64,000 nucleotides of DNA from Thalia democratica (Eukaryota): positions 87,358,001 to 87,422,000 of the forward strand of contig OZ241828.1 of NCBI GenBank assembly GCA_965202585.1. Reading direction: 5' to 3'. Below the pieces are notes generated by a model that worked only from the letters and a program-made list of their open reading frames with translations, made no database searches and was not told the origin of the DNA. Below, one piece after another: positions 36,501 through 50,300 of the stretch (its first letter is position 1; every line of letters begins with the position of its first letter). The translations under genes were made by a program, and so were the position numbers.

Positions 36501-38502
36501 CTGATAAAATCATGCACTCATGCTTTTCTGCCCTTTTTGTCAAATGGCCCAAAAAACCACGGTCTTTTTTATTGAATTTTGTTTGAAACTGTTCTATCAA
36601 CAAGCTATAATCGGTATACGTGTTTTAAACTACACCAATCTTTTATATTTGTATATAACTATAGATTGTTATGGTTCATACCTGTTATTTTTTATAATAT
36701 TCAAAACTTATTATACTTTTATGATAAACATGTTTTGAATTGACTGTGTAGCTAAATAAATTTAATCATTTTAAGCAATTTGTTGTCATTTAAATTTTGT
36801 GTTCAGAGTTGGAATTGAACAGCCTGGCAGAGAAATTGAAGGGCACAGATTTAGGAGATTTTGTTCTGGTTGTTTGAACTTTTAACTTAATTTTGAACTA
36901 AAAGTAGACCCAAAATGTGTAGCTTTAAAAACCTGAAAGATATTTGAAAAACCTGGAAAAATTTTTGAAAAGATGAGTTGCATTCTTGCAAGTAGTACAG
37001 GGGGCAAAGCAACATGAACTACACAAATCTTTTATATTGATCACATACATAATTTTAATTTTTTAATCTGAAGTATATATATTTGCTTATGTTGGATATA
37101 TATAATTTCACAATTATAAACTGCACTAAAACCTGACATATAAGTTTTTAATTTATACTAGTATATACCTCTTCAATTAACTTTTAACACAATATTATTA
37201 TGTAGAAAGATTGTTTAAGCACAAGAAAGATATTTTACATAAATTAAACAAAATACTATAATATAAATAAATATTTTTTCAGGGAATATTGGGCTTCGAA
37301 ATTTCCGTAATTTTCCAGGGAATATTGGAAATCGGTTTCTCCTCATTGTCCGTTTTTTTATAAGGATGAAGAGGAATGGAGGGAAGCGCACTTGTTTAAA
37401 ATTTTACCGATTTAATGAAGTTTTGCTTCGTGAAATGTTTCGTTTTTTATGTCAGCATATGTTTACACGTAGATTCAAGATAATATGGTATTTAGTGTTG
37501 TTTTCAGTATTTATTACAATTTAGAACATAAAAAAATTATGAAATACCATTTTCAATGCTGGTTGTGTTTACAATCTTAAATATGTGGTCTTCAAGTAGC
37601 TAAAATTGATTTTCACTTACTAGTAGGTTACTATAGTTACAAATGTTGTTCTTACTGTAAATTAACTACATTTAAACAGTAATACGGTTTTGCTGTACAG
37701 CTTTAATGGAATTTGTCGAATTTTCGAAAACCAAACGACTTACGTTGTCAACACAAGCAAGTTAAAATATGCAAATTTTTGCAACATAAAATTGAATAAT
37801 TTTGTGCAAAAACCTATGGCACAGAATTTTTGCAATAAAAAGTAAAATAACTGTAAAAAAACTTCATACTGTTATTTCTACATGACTTTTATCATTTGCT
37901 AATATACTTTTACACAAAATTTAGTGAAAGAATTGTGAAAAACAAGCAAAAACTAAGAAAACTGTTGAAAAATCACATGTGGCCTAACAAAGTGGAAAAT
38001 TGAACATAAAGTGATCATTATAACAAATTGTGTTCACTTAAATGCACTAAAAATACTCAGCTATTGCTTACATTGCCATTGCACTGCTTTCTATAAACTG
38101 TTTGGGTTGCCTTTGAAAACTGATAAAATCATGCACTCATGCTTTTCTGCCCTTTTTGTCAAATGGCCCAAAAAACCACGGTCTTTTTTATTGAATTTTG
38201 TTTGAAACTGTTCTATCAACAAGCTATAATCGGTATACGTGTTTTAAACTACACCAATCTTTTATATTTGTATATAACTATAGATTGTTATGGTTCATAC
38301 CTGTTATTTTTTATAATATTCAAAACTTATTATACTTTTATGATAAACATGTTTTGAATTGACTGTGTAGCTAAATAAATTTAATCATTTTAAGCAATTT
38401 GTTGTCATTTAAATTTTGTGTTCAGAGTTGGAATTGAACAGCCTGGCAGAGAAATTGAAGGGCACAGATTTAGGAGATTTTGTTCTGGTTGTTTGAACTT
38501 TT
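12599..38502 (+). repeat. Uninterrupted run of 16 S units (U4-U19)
   Basis: 16 x 1619 = 25904 bp. Only SNP differences were seen. Confidence 0.95.
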
Positions 38503-40479
38503 AACTTAATTTTGAACTAAAAGTAGACCCAAAATGTGTAGCTTTAAAAACCTGAAAGATATTTGAAAAACCTGGAAAAATTTTTGAAAAGATGAGTTGC
38601 ATTCTTGCAAGTAGTACAGGGGGCAAAGCAACATGAACTACACAAATCTTTTATATTGATCACATACATAATTTTAATTTTTTAATCTGAAGTATATATA
38701 TTTGCTTATGTTGGATATATATAATTTCACAATTATAAACTGCACTAAAACCTGACATATAAGTTTTTAATTTATACTAGTATATACCTCTTCAATTAAC
38801 TTTTAACACAATATTATTATGTAGAAAGATTGTTTAAGCACAAGAAAGATATTTTACATAAATTAAACAAAATACTATAATATAAATAAATATTTTTTCA
38901 GGGAATATTGGGCTTCGAAATTTCCGTAATTTTCCAGGGAATATTGGAAATCGGTTTCTCCTCATTGTCCGTTTTTTTATAAGGATGAAGAGGAATGGAG
39001 GGAAGCGCACTTGTTTAAAATTTTACCGATTTAATGAAGTTTTGCTTCGTGAAATGTTTCGTTTTTTATGTCAGCATATGTTTACACGTAGATTCAAGAT
39101 AATATGGTATTTAGTGTTGTTTTCAGTATTTATTACAATTTAGAACATAAAAAAATTATGAAATACCATTTTCAATGCTGGTTGTGTTTACAATCTTAAA
39201 TATGTGGTCTTCAAGTAGCTAAAATTGATTTTCACTTACTAGTAGGTTACTATAGTTACAAATGTTGTTCTTACTGTAAATTAACTACATTTAAACAGTA
39301 ATACGGTTTTGCTGTACAGCTTTAATGGAATTTGTCGAATTTTCGAAAACCAAACGACTTACGTTGTCAACACAAGCAAGTTAAAATATGCAAATTTTTG
39401 CAACATAAAATTGAATAATTTTGTGCAAAAACCTATGGCACAGAATTTTTGCAATAAAAAGTAAAATAACTGTAAAAAAACTTCATACTGTTATTTCTAC
39501 ATGACTTTTATCATTTGCTAATATACTTTTACACAAAATTTAGTGAAAGAATTGTGAAAAACAAGCAAAAACTAAGAAAACTGTTGAAAAATCACATGTG
39601 GCCTAACAAAGTGGAAAATTGAACATAAAGTGATCATTATAACAAATTGTGTTCACTTAAATGCACTAAAAATACTCAGCTATTGCTTACATTGCCATTG
39701 CACTGCTTTCTATAAACTGTTTGGGTTGCCTTTGAAAACTGATAAAATCATGCACTCATGCTTTTCTGCCCTTTTTGTCAAATGGCCCAAAGAACCACGG
39801 CCTTTTTTATTGAATTTTGTTTGAAACTGTTCTATCAACAAGCTATAATTGGTGTACGTGTTTTAAACTACACCAATCTTTTATATTTGTATATGACTAT
39901 AGATTCTTACAGTTAATACCGTTATTATTATTATAATACTCCAAACTTACTAATGTTTTATGATAAAAATGTTTTGAATTGACTGTGTAGCTAAATAAAT
40001 TTAATCGTTTTAATTTTATCATCTAACATTTTTTCATTAAAAAACACATTTAAAGTAACTTTATAGCTTTTTTTAAATGATTATGTATTATTTAACACAG
40101 TTTCTTTTATAGAAACTAACTTAAAACTAAAAACTGACTCAAAAATGTTTACTTTTAAAAACCTGGAAGAAATTTGGAAAAACTGGAAAAAAAGGATTAA
40201 CAACCCTGGTAACAGCACGTGAGAAATTGTAAAAGCATGTACGATTTGATAATCGAAAAGTTTTTTCGTACACCAGGTCCTTCGATCATACTTTTAGTGC
40301 GCTTTTTTTATCGTTCAATGCACAATACCAAAAATTCGTACACAGGGTCGCCACTTTACCTGGAATCTTGGAAAAACCCGGAATTTAGGAAATTAAAAAA
40401 AAAAACTGGAATTTTTACAATTTTCACATGTTTTTTTACAATTTTACAATTTTCAATTTAACACAGTTTTTTTACCTTA
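38503..40479 (+). repeat. Unit 20, variant type V (1977 bp)
   Basis: S-like until 39791, diverged from 39792 to 40006, then 40007-40479 replaces the S tail with a paralog of left flank 6395-6837 (MITE-A 3' half, spacer, MITE-B 5' half). Confidence 0.92.
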
Positions 40480-43400
40480 AACTTAATTTTGAACTAAAAG
40501 TAGACCCAAAATGTGTAGCTTTAAAAACCTGAAAGATATTTGAAAAACCTGGAAAAATTTTTGAAAAGATGAGTTGCATTCTTGCAAGTAGTACAGGGGG
40601 CAAAGCAACATGAACTACACAAATCTTTTATATTGATCACATACATAATTTTAATTTTTTAATCTGAAGTATATATATTTGCTTATGTTGGATATATATA
40701 ATTTCACAATTATAAACTGCACTAAAACCTGACATATAAGTTTTTAATTTATACTAGTATATACCTCTTCAATTAACTTTTAACACAATATTATTATGTA
40801 GAAAGATTGTTTAAGCACAAGAAAGATATTTTACATAAATTAAACAAAATACTATAATATAAATAAATATTTTTTCAGGGAATATTGGGCTTCGAAATTT
40901 CCGTAATTTTCCAGGGAATATTGGAAATCGGTTTCTCCTCATTGTCCGTTTTTTTATAAGGATGAAGAGGAATGGAGGGAAGCGCACTTGTTTAAAATTT
41001 TACCGATTTAATGAAGTTTTGCTTCGTGAAATGTTTCGTTTTTTATGTCAGCATATGTTTACACGTAGATTCAAGATAATATGGTATTTAGTGTTGTTTT
41101 CAGTATTTATTACAATTTAGAACATAAAAAAATTATGAAATACCATTTTCAATGCTGGTTGTGTTTACAATCTTAAATATGTGGTCTTCAAGTAGCTAAA
41201 ATTGATTTTCACTTACTAGTAGGTTACTATAGTTACAAATGTTGTTCTTACTGTAAATTAACTACATTTAAACAGTAATACGGTTTTGCTGTACAGCTTT
41301 AATGGAATTTGTCGAATTTTCGAAAACCAAACGACTTACGTTGTCAACACAAGCAAGTTAAAATATGCAAATTTTTGCAACATAAAATTGAATAATTTTG
41401 TGCAAAAACCTATGGCACAGAATTTTTGCAATAAAAAGTAAAATAACTGTAAAAAAACTTCATACTGTTATTTCTACATGACTTTTATCATTTGCTAATA
41501 TACTTTTACACAAAATTTAGTGAAAGAATTGTGAAAAACAAGCAAAAACTAAGAAAACTGTTGAAAAATCACATGTGGCCTAACAAAGTGGAAAATTGAA
41601 CATAAAGTGATCATTATAACAAATTGTGTTCACTTAAATGCACTAAAAATACTCAGCTATTGCTTACATTGCCATTGCACTGCTTTCTATAAACTGTTTG
41701 GGTTGCCTTTGAAAACTGATAAAATCATGCACTCATGCTTTTCTGCCCTTTTTGTCAAATGGCCCAAAAAACCACGGTCTTTTTTATTGAATTTTGTTTG
41801 AAACTGTTCTATCAACAAGCTATAATCGGTATACGTGTTTTGAACTACACCAATCTTTTATGTTTGTATATAACTATAGATTGTTATGGTTCATACCTGT
41901 TATTTTTTATAATATTCAAAACTTATTATACTTTTATGATAAACATGTTTTGAATTGACTGTGTAGCTAAATAAATTTAATCATTTTAAGCAATTTGTTG
42001 TCATTTAAATTTTGTGTTCAGAGTTGGAATTGAACAGCCTGGCAGAGAAATTGAAGGGCACAGATTTAGGAGATTTTGTTCTGGTTGTTTGAACTTTTAA
42101 CTTAATTTTGAACTAAAAGTAGACCCAAAATGTGTAGCTTTAAAAACCTGAAAGATATTTGAAAAACCTGGAAAAATTTTTGAAAAGATGAGTTGCATTC
42201 TTGCAAGTAGTACAGGGGGCAAAGCAACATGAACTACACAAATCTTTTATATTGATCACATACATAATTTTAATTTTTTAATCTGAAGTATATATATTTG
42301 CTTATGTTGGATATATATAATTTCACAATTATAAACTGCACTAAAACCTGACATATAAGTTTTTAATTTATACTAGTATATACCTCTTCAATTAACTTTT
42401 AACACAATATTATTATGTAGAAAGATTGTTTAAGCACAAGAAAGATATTTTACATAAATTAAACAAAATACTATAATATAAATAAATATTTTTTCAGGGA
42501 ATATTGGGCTTCGAAATTTCCGTAATTTTCCAGGGAATATTGGAAATCGGTTTCTCCTCATTGTCCGTTTTTTTATAAGGATGAAGAGGAATGGAGGGAA
42601 GCGCACTTGTTTAAAATTTTACCGATTTAATGAAGTTTTGCTTCGTGAAATGTTTCGTTTTTTATGTCAGCATATGTTTACACGTAGATTCAAGATAATA
42701 TGGTATTTAGTGTTGTTTTCAGTATTTATTACAATTTAGAACATAAAAAAATTATGAAATACCATTTTCAATGCTGGTTGTGTTTACAATCTTAAATATG
42801 TGGTCTTCAAGTAGCTAAAATTGATTTTCACTTACTAGTAGGTTACTATAGTTACAAATGTTGTTCTTACTGTAAATTAACTACATTTAAACAGTAATAC
42901 GGTTTTGCTGTACAGCTTTAATGGAATTTGTCGAATTTTCGAAAACCAAACGACTTACGTTGTCAACACAAGCAAGTTAAAATATGCAAATTTTTGCAAC
43001 ATAAAATTGAATAATTTTGTGCAAAAACCTATGGCACAGAATTTTTGCAATAAAAAGTAAAATAACTGTAAAAAAACTTCATACTGTTATTTCTACATGA
43101 CTTTTATCATTTGCTAATATACTTTTACACAAAATTTAGTGAAAGAATTGTGAAAAACAAGCAAAAACTAAGAAAACTGTTGAAAAATCACATGTGGCCT
43201 AACAAAGTGGAAAATTGAACATAAAGTGATCATTATAACAAATTGTGTTCACTTAAATGCACTAAAAATACTCAGCTATTGATTACATTGCCATTGCACT
43301 GCTTTCTATAAACTGTTTGGGTTGCCTTTGAAAACTGATAAAATCATGCACTCATGCTTTTCTGCCCTTTTTGTCAAATGGCCCAAAAAACCACGGTCTT

Positions 43401-45336
43401 TTTTATTGAATTTTGTTTGAAACTGTTCTATCAACAAGCTATAATCGGTATACGTGTTTTGAACTACACCAATCTTTTATGTTTGTATATAACTATAGAT
43501 TGTTATGGTTCATACCTGTTATTTTTTATAATATTCAAAACTTATTATACTTTTATGATAAACATGTTTTGAATTGACTGTGTAGCTAAATAAATTTAAT
43601 CATTTTAAGCAATTTGTTGTCATTTAAATTTTGTGTTCAGAGTTGGAATTGAACAGCCTGGCAGAGAAATTGAAGGGCACAGATTTAGGAGATTTTGTTC
43701 TGGTTGTTTGAACTTTTAACTTAATTTTGAACTAAAAGTAGACCCAAAATGTGTAGCTTTAAAAACCTGAAAGATATTTGAAAAACCTGGAAAAATTTTT
43801 GAAAAGATGAGTTGCATTCTTGCAAGTAGTACAGGGGGCAAAGCAACATGAACTACACAAATCTTTTATATTGATCACATACATAATTTTAATTTTTTAA
43901 TCTGAAGTATATATATTTGCTTATGTTGGATATATATAATTTCACAATTATAAACTGCACTAAAACCTGACATATAAGTTTTTAATTTATACTAGTATAT
44001 ACCTCTTCAATTAACTTTTAACACAATATTATTATGTAGAAAGATTGTTTAAGCACAAGAAAGATATTTTACATAAATTAAACAAAATACTATAATATAA
44101 ATAAATATTTTTTCAGGGAATATTGGGCTTCGAAATTTCCGTAATTTTCCAGGGAATATTGGAAATCGGTTTCTCCTCATTGTCCGTTTTTTTATAAGGA
44201 TGAAGAGGAATGGAGGGAAGCGCACTTGTTTAAAATTTTACCGATTTAATGAAGTTTTGCTTCGTGAAATGTTTCGTTTTTTATGTCAGCATATGTTTAC
44301 ACGTAGATTCAAGATAATATGGTATTTAGTGTTGTTTTCAGTATTTATTACAATTTAGAACATAAAAAAATTATGAAATACCATTTTCAATGCTGGTTGT
44401 GTTTACAATCTTAAATATGTGGTCTTCAAGTAGCTAAAATTGATTTTCACTTACTAGTAGGTTACTATAGTTACAAATGTTGTTCTTACTGTAAATTAAC
44501 TACATTTAAACAGTAATACGGTTTTGCTGTACAGCTTTAATGGAATTTGTCGAATTTTCGAAAACCAAACGACTTACGTTGTCAACACAAGCAAGTTAAA
44601 ATATGCAAATTTTTGCAACATAAAATTGAATAATTTTGTGCAAAAACCTATGGCACAGAATTTTTGCAATAAAAAGTAAAATAACTGTAAAAAAACTTCA
44701 TACTGTTATTTCTACATGACTTTTATCATTTGCTAATATACTTTTACACAAAATTTAGTGAAAGAATTGTGAAAAACAAGCAAAAACTAAGAAAACTGTT
44801 GAAAAATCACATGTGGCCTAACAAAGTGGAAAATTGAACATAAAGTGATCATTATAACAAATTGTGTTCACTTAAATGCACTAAAAATACTCAGCTATTG
44901 CTTACATTGCCATTGCACTGCTTTCTATAAACTGTTTGGGTTGCCTTTGAAAACTGATAAAATCATGCACTCATGCTTTTCTGCCCTTTTTGTCAAATGG
45001 CCCAAAAAACCACGGTCTTTTTTATTGAATTTTGTTTGAAACTGTTCTATCAACAAGCTATAATCGGTATACGTGTTTTGAACTACACCAATCTTTTATG
45101 TTTGTATATAACTATAGATTGTTATGGTTCATACCTGTTATTTTTTATAATATTCAAAACTTATTATACTTTTATGATAAACATGTTTTGAATTGACTGT
45201 GTAGCTAAATAAATTTAATCATTTTAAGCAATTTGTTGTCATTTAAATTTTGTGTTCAGAGTTGGAATTGAACAGCCTGGCAGAGAAATTGAAGGGCACA
45301 GATTTAGGAGATTTTGTTCTGGTTGTTTGAACTTTT
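40480..45336 (+). repeat. Three S units (U21-U23)
   Basis: 3 x 1619 bp. U22 has a private C>A at 43282. Confidence 0.93.
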
Positions 45337-47313
45337 AACTTAATTTTGAACTAAAAGTAGACCCAAAATGTGTAGCTTTAAAAACCTGAAAGATATTTGA
45401 AAAACCTGGAAAAATTTTTGAAAAGATGAGTTGCATTCTTGCAAGTAGTACAGGGGGCAAAGCAACATGAACTACACAAATCTTTTATATTGATCACATA
45501 CATAATTTTAATTTTTTAATCTGAAGTATATATATTTGCTTATGTTGGATATATATAATTTCACAATTATAAACTGCACTAAAACCTGACATATAAGTTT
45601 TTAATTTATACTAGTATATACCTCTTCAATTAACTTTTAACACAATATTATTATGTAGAAAGATTGTTTAAGCACAAGAAAGATATTTTACATAAATTAA
45701 ACAAAATACTATAATATAAATAAATATTTTTTCAGGGAATATTGGGCTTCGAAATTTCCGTAATTTTCCAGGGAATATTGGAAATCGGTTTCTCCTCATT
45801 GTCCGTTTTTTTATAAGGATGAAGAGGAATGGAGGGAAGCGCACTTGTTTAAAATTTTACCGATTTAATGAAGTTTTGCTTCGTGAAATGTTTCGTTTTT
45901 TATGTCAGCATATGTTTACACGTAGATTCAAGATAATATGGTATTTAGTGTTGTTTTCAGTATTTATTACAATTTAGAACATAAAAAAATTATGAAATAC
46001 CATTTTCAATGCTGGTTGTGTTTACAATCTTAAATATGTGGTCTTCAAGTAGCTAAAATTGATTTTCACTTACTAGTAGGTTACTATAGTTACAAATGTT
46101 GTTCTTACTGTAAATTAACTACATTTAAACAGTAATACGGTTTTGCTGTACAGCTTTAATGGAATTTGTCGAATTTTCGAAAACCAAACGACTTACGTTG
46201 TCAACACAAGCAAGTTAAAATATGCAAATTTTTGCAACATAAAATTGAATAATTTTGTGCAAAAACCTATGGCACAGAATTTTTGCAATAAAAAGTAAAA
46301 TAACTGTAAAAAAACTTCATACTGTTATTTCTACATGACTTTTATCATTTGCTAATATACTTTTACACAAAATTTAGTGAAAGAATTGTGAAAAACAAGC
46401 AAAAACTAAGAAAACTGTTGAAAAATCACATGTGGCCTAACAAAGTGGAAAATTGAACATAAAGTGATCATTATAACAAATTGTGTTCACTTAAATGCAC
46501 TAAAAATACTCAGCTATTGCTTACATTGCCATTGCACTGCTTTCTATAAACTGTTTGGGTTGCCTTTGAAAACTGATAAAATCACGCACTCATGCTTTTC
46601 TGCCCTTTTTGTCAAATGGCCCAAAGAACCACGGCCTTTTTTATTGAATTTTGTTTGAAACTGTTCTATCAACAAGCTATAATTGGTGTACGTGTTTTAA
46701 ACTACACCAATCTTTTATATTTGTATATGACTATAGATTCTTACAGTTAATACCGTTATTATTATTATAATACTCCAAACTTACTAATGTTTTATGATAA
46801 AAATGTTTTGAATTGACTGTGTAGCTAAATAAATTTAATCGTTTTAATTTTATCATCTAACATTTTTTCATTAAAAAACACATTTAAAGTAACTTTATAG
46901 CTTTTTTTAAATGATTATGTATTATTTAACACAGTTTCTTTTATAGAAACTAACTTAAAACTAAAAACAGACTCAAAAATGTTTACTTTTAAAAACCTGG
47001 AAGAAATTTGGAAAAACTGGAAAAAAAGGATTAACAACCCTGGTAACAGCACGTGAGAAATTGTAAAAGCATGTACGATTTGATAATCGAAAAGTTTTTT
47101 CGTACACCAGGTCCTTCGATCATACTTTTAGTGCGCTTTTTTTATCGTTCAATGCACAATACCAAAAATTCGTACACAGGGTCGCCACTTTACCTGGAAT
47201 CTTGGAAAAACCCGGAATTTAGGAAATTAAAAAAAAAAACTGGAATTTTTACAATTTTCACATGTTTTTTTACAATTTTACAATTTTCAATTTAACACAG
47301 TTTTTTTACCTTA
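45337..47313 (+). repeat. Unit 24, variant type V (1977 bp)
   Basis: Same structure as U20, with the replaced tail at 46841-47313. Shares GGATTAACAACC and ATAATACTCC with U20. Confidence 0.92.
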
Positions 47314-50300
47314 AACTTAATTTTGAACTAAAAGTAGACCCAAAATGTGTAGCTTTAAAAACCTGAAAGATATTTGAAAAACCTGGAAAAATTTTTGAAA
47401 AGATGAGTTGCATTCTTGCAAGTAGTACAGGGGGCAAAGCAACATGAACTACACAAATCTTTTATATTGATCACATACATAATTTTAATTTTTTAATCTG
47501 AAGTATATATATTTGCTTATGTTGGATATATATAATTTCACAATTATAAACTGCACTAAAACCTGACATATAAGTTTTTAATTTATACTAGTATATACCT
47601 CTTCAATTAACTTTTAACACAATATTATTATGTAGAAAGATTGTTTAAGCACAAGAAAGATATTTTACATAAATTAAACAAAATACTATAATATAAATAA
47701 ATATTTTTTCAGGGAATATTGGGCTTCGAAATTTCCGTAATTTTCCAGGGAATATTGGAAATCGGTTTCTCCTCATTGTCCGTTTTTTTATAAGGATGAA
47801 GAGGAATGGAGGGAAGCGCACTTGTTTAAAATTTTACCGATTTAATGAAGTTTTGCTTCGTGAAATGTTTCGTTTTTTATGTCAGCATATGTTTACACGT
47901 AGATTCAAGATAATATGGTATTTAGTGTTGTTTTCAGTATTTATTACAATTTAGAACATAAAAAAATTATGAAATACCATTTTCAATGCTGGTTGTGTTT
48001 ACAATCTTAAATATGTGGTCTTCAAGTAGCTAAAATTGATTTTCACTTACTAGTAGGTTACTATAGTTACAAATGTTGTTCTTACTGTAAATTAACTACA
48101 TTTAAACAGTAATACGGTTTTGCTGTACAGCTTTAATGGAATTTGTCGAATTTTCGAAAACCAAACGACTTACGTTGTCAACACAAGCAAGTTAAAATAT
48201 GCAAATTTTTGCAACATAAAATTGAATAATTTTGTGCAAAAACCTATGGCACAGAATTTTTGCAATAAAAAGTAAAATAACTGTAAAAAAACTTCATACT
48301 GTTATTTCTACATGACTTTTATCATTTGCTAATATACTTTTACACAAAATTTAGTGAAAGAATTGTGAAAAACAAGCAAAAACTAAGAAAACTGTTGAAA
48401 AATCACATGTGGCCTAACAAAGTGGAAAATTGAACATAAAGTGATCATTATAACAAATTGTGTTCACTTAAATGCACTAAAAATACTCAGCTATTGCTTA
48501 CATTGCCATTGCACTGCTTTCTATAAACTGTTTGGGTTGCCTTTGAAAACTGATAAAATCATGCACTCATGCTTTTCTGCCCTTTTTGTCAAATGGCCCA
48601 AAAAACCACGGTCTTTTTTATTGAATTTTGTTTGAAACTGTTCTATCAACAAGCTATAATCGGTATACGTGTTTTGAACTACACCAATCTTTTATGTTTG
48701 TATATAACTATAGATTGTTATGGTTCATACCTGTTATTTTTTATAATATTCAAAACTTATTATACTTTTATGATAAACATGTTTTGAATTGACTGTGTAG
48801 CTAAATAAATTTAATCATTTTAAGCAATTTGTTGTCATTTAAATTTTGTGTTCAGAGTTGGAATTGAACAGCCTGGCAGAGAAATTGAAGGGCACAGATT
48901 TAGGAGATTTTGTTCTGGTTGTTTGAACTTTTAACTTAATTTTGAACTAAAAGTAGACCCAAAATGTGTAGCTTTAAAAACCTGAAAGATATTTGAAAAA
49001 CCTGGAAAAATTTTTGAAAAGATGAGTTGCATTCTTGCAAGTAGTACAGGGGGCAAAGCAACATGAACTACACAAATCTTTTATATTGATCACATACATA
49101 ATTTTAATTTTTTAATCTGAAGTATATATATTTGCTTATGTTGGATATATATAATTTCACAATTATAAACTGCACTAAAACCTGACATATAAGTTTTTAA
49201 TTTATACTAGTATATACCTCTTCAATTAACTTTTAACACAATATTATTATGTAGAAAGATTGTTTAAGCACAAGAAAGATATTTTACATAAATTAAACAA
49301 AATACTATAATATAAATAAATATTTTTTCAGGGAATATTGGGCTTCGAAATTTCCGTAATTTTCCAGGGAATATTGGAAATCGGTTTCTCCTCATTGTCC
49401 GTTTTTTTATAAGGATGAAGAGGAATGGAGGGAAGCGCACTTGTTTAAAATTTTACCGATTTAATGAAGTTTTGCTTCGTGAAATGTTTCGTTTTTTATG
49501 TCAGCATATGTTTACACGTAGATTCAAGATAATATGGTATTTAGTGTTGTTTTCAGTATTTATTACAATTTAGAACATAAAAAAATTATGAAATACCATT
49601 TTCAATGCTGGTTGTGTTTACAATCTTAAATATGTGGTCTTCAAGTAGCTAAAATTGATTTTCACTTACTAGTAGGTTACTATAGTTACAAATGTTGTTC
49701 TTACTGTAAATTAACTACATTTAAACAGTAATACGGTTTTGCTGTACAGCTTTAATGGAATTTGTCGAATTTTCGAAAACCAAACGACTTACGTTGTCAA
49801 CACAAGCAAGTTAAAATATGCAAATTTTTGCAACATAAAATTGAATAATTTTGTGCAAAAACCTATGGCACAGAATTTTTGCAATAAAAAGTAAAATAAC
49901 TGTAAAAAAACTTCATACTGTTATTTCTACATGACTTTTATCATTTGCTAATATACTTTTACACAAAATTTAGTGAAAGAATTGTGAAAAACAAGCAAAA
50001 ACTAAGAAAACTGTTGAAAAATCACATGTGGCCTAACAAAGTGGAAAATTGAACATAAAGTGATCATTATAACAAATTGTGTTCACTTAAATGCACTAAA
50101 AATACTCAGCTATTGCTTACATTGCCATTGCACTGCTTTCTATAAACTGTTTGGGTTGCCTTTGAAAACTGATAAAATCATGCACTCATGCTTTTCTGCC
50201 CTTTTTGTCAAATGGCCCAAAAAACCACGGTCTTTTTTATTGAATTTTGTTTGAAACTGTTCTATCAACAAGCTATAATCGGTATACGTGTTTTGAACTA

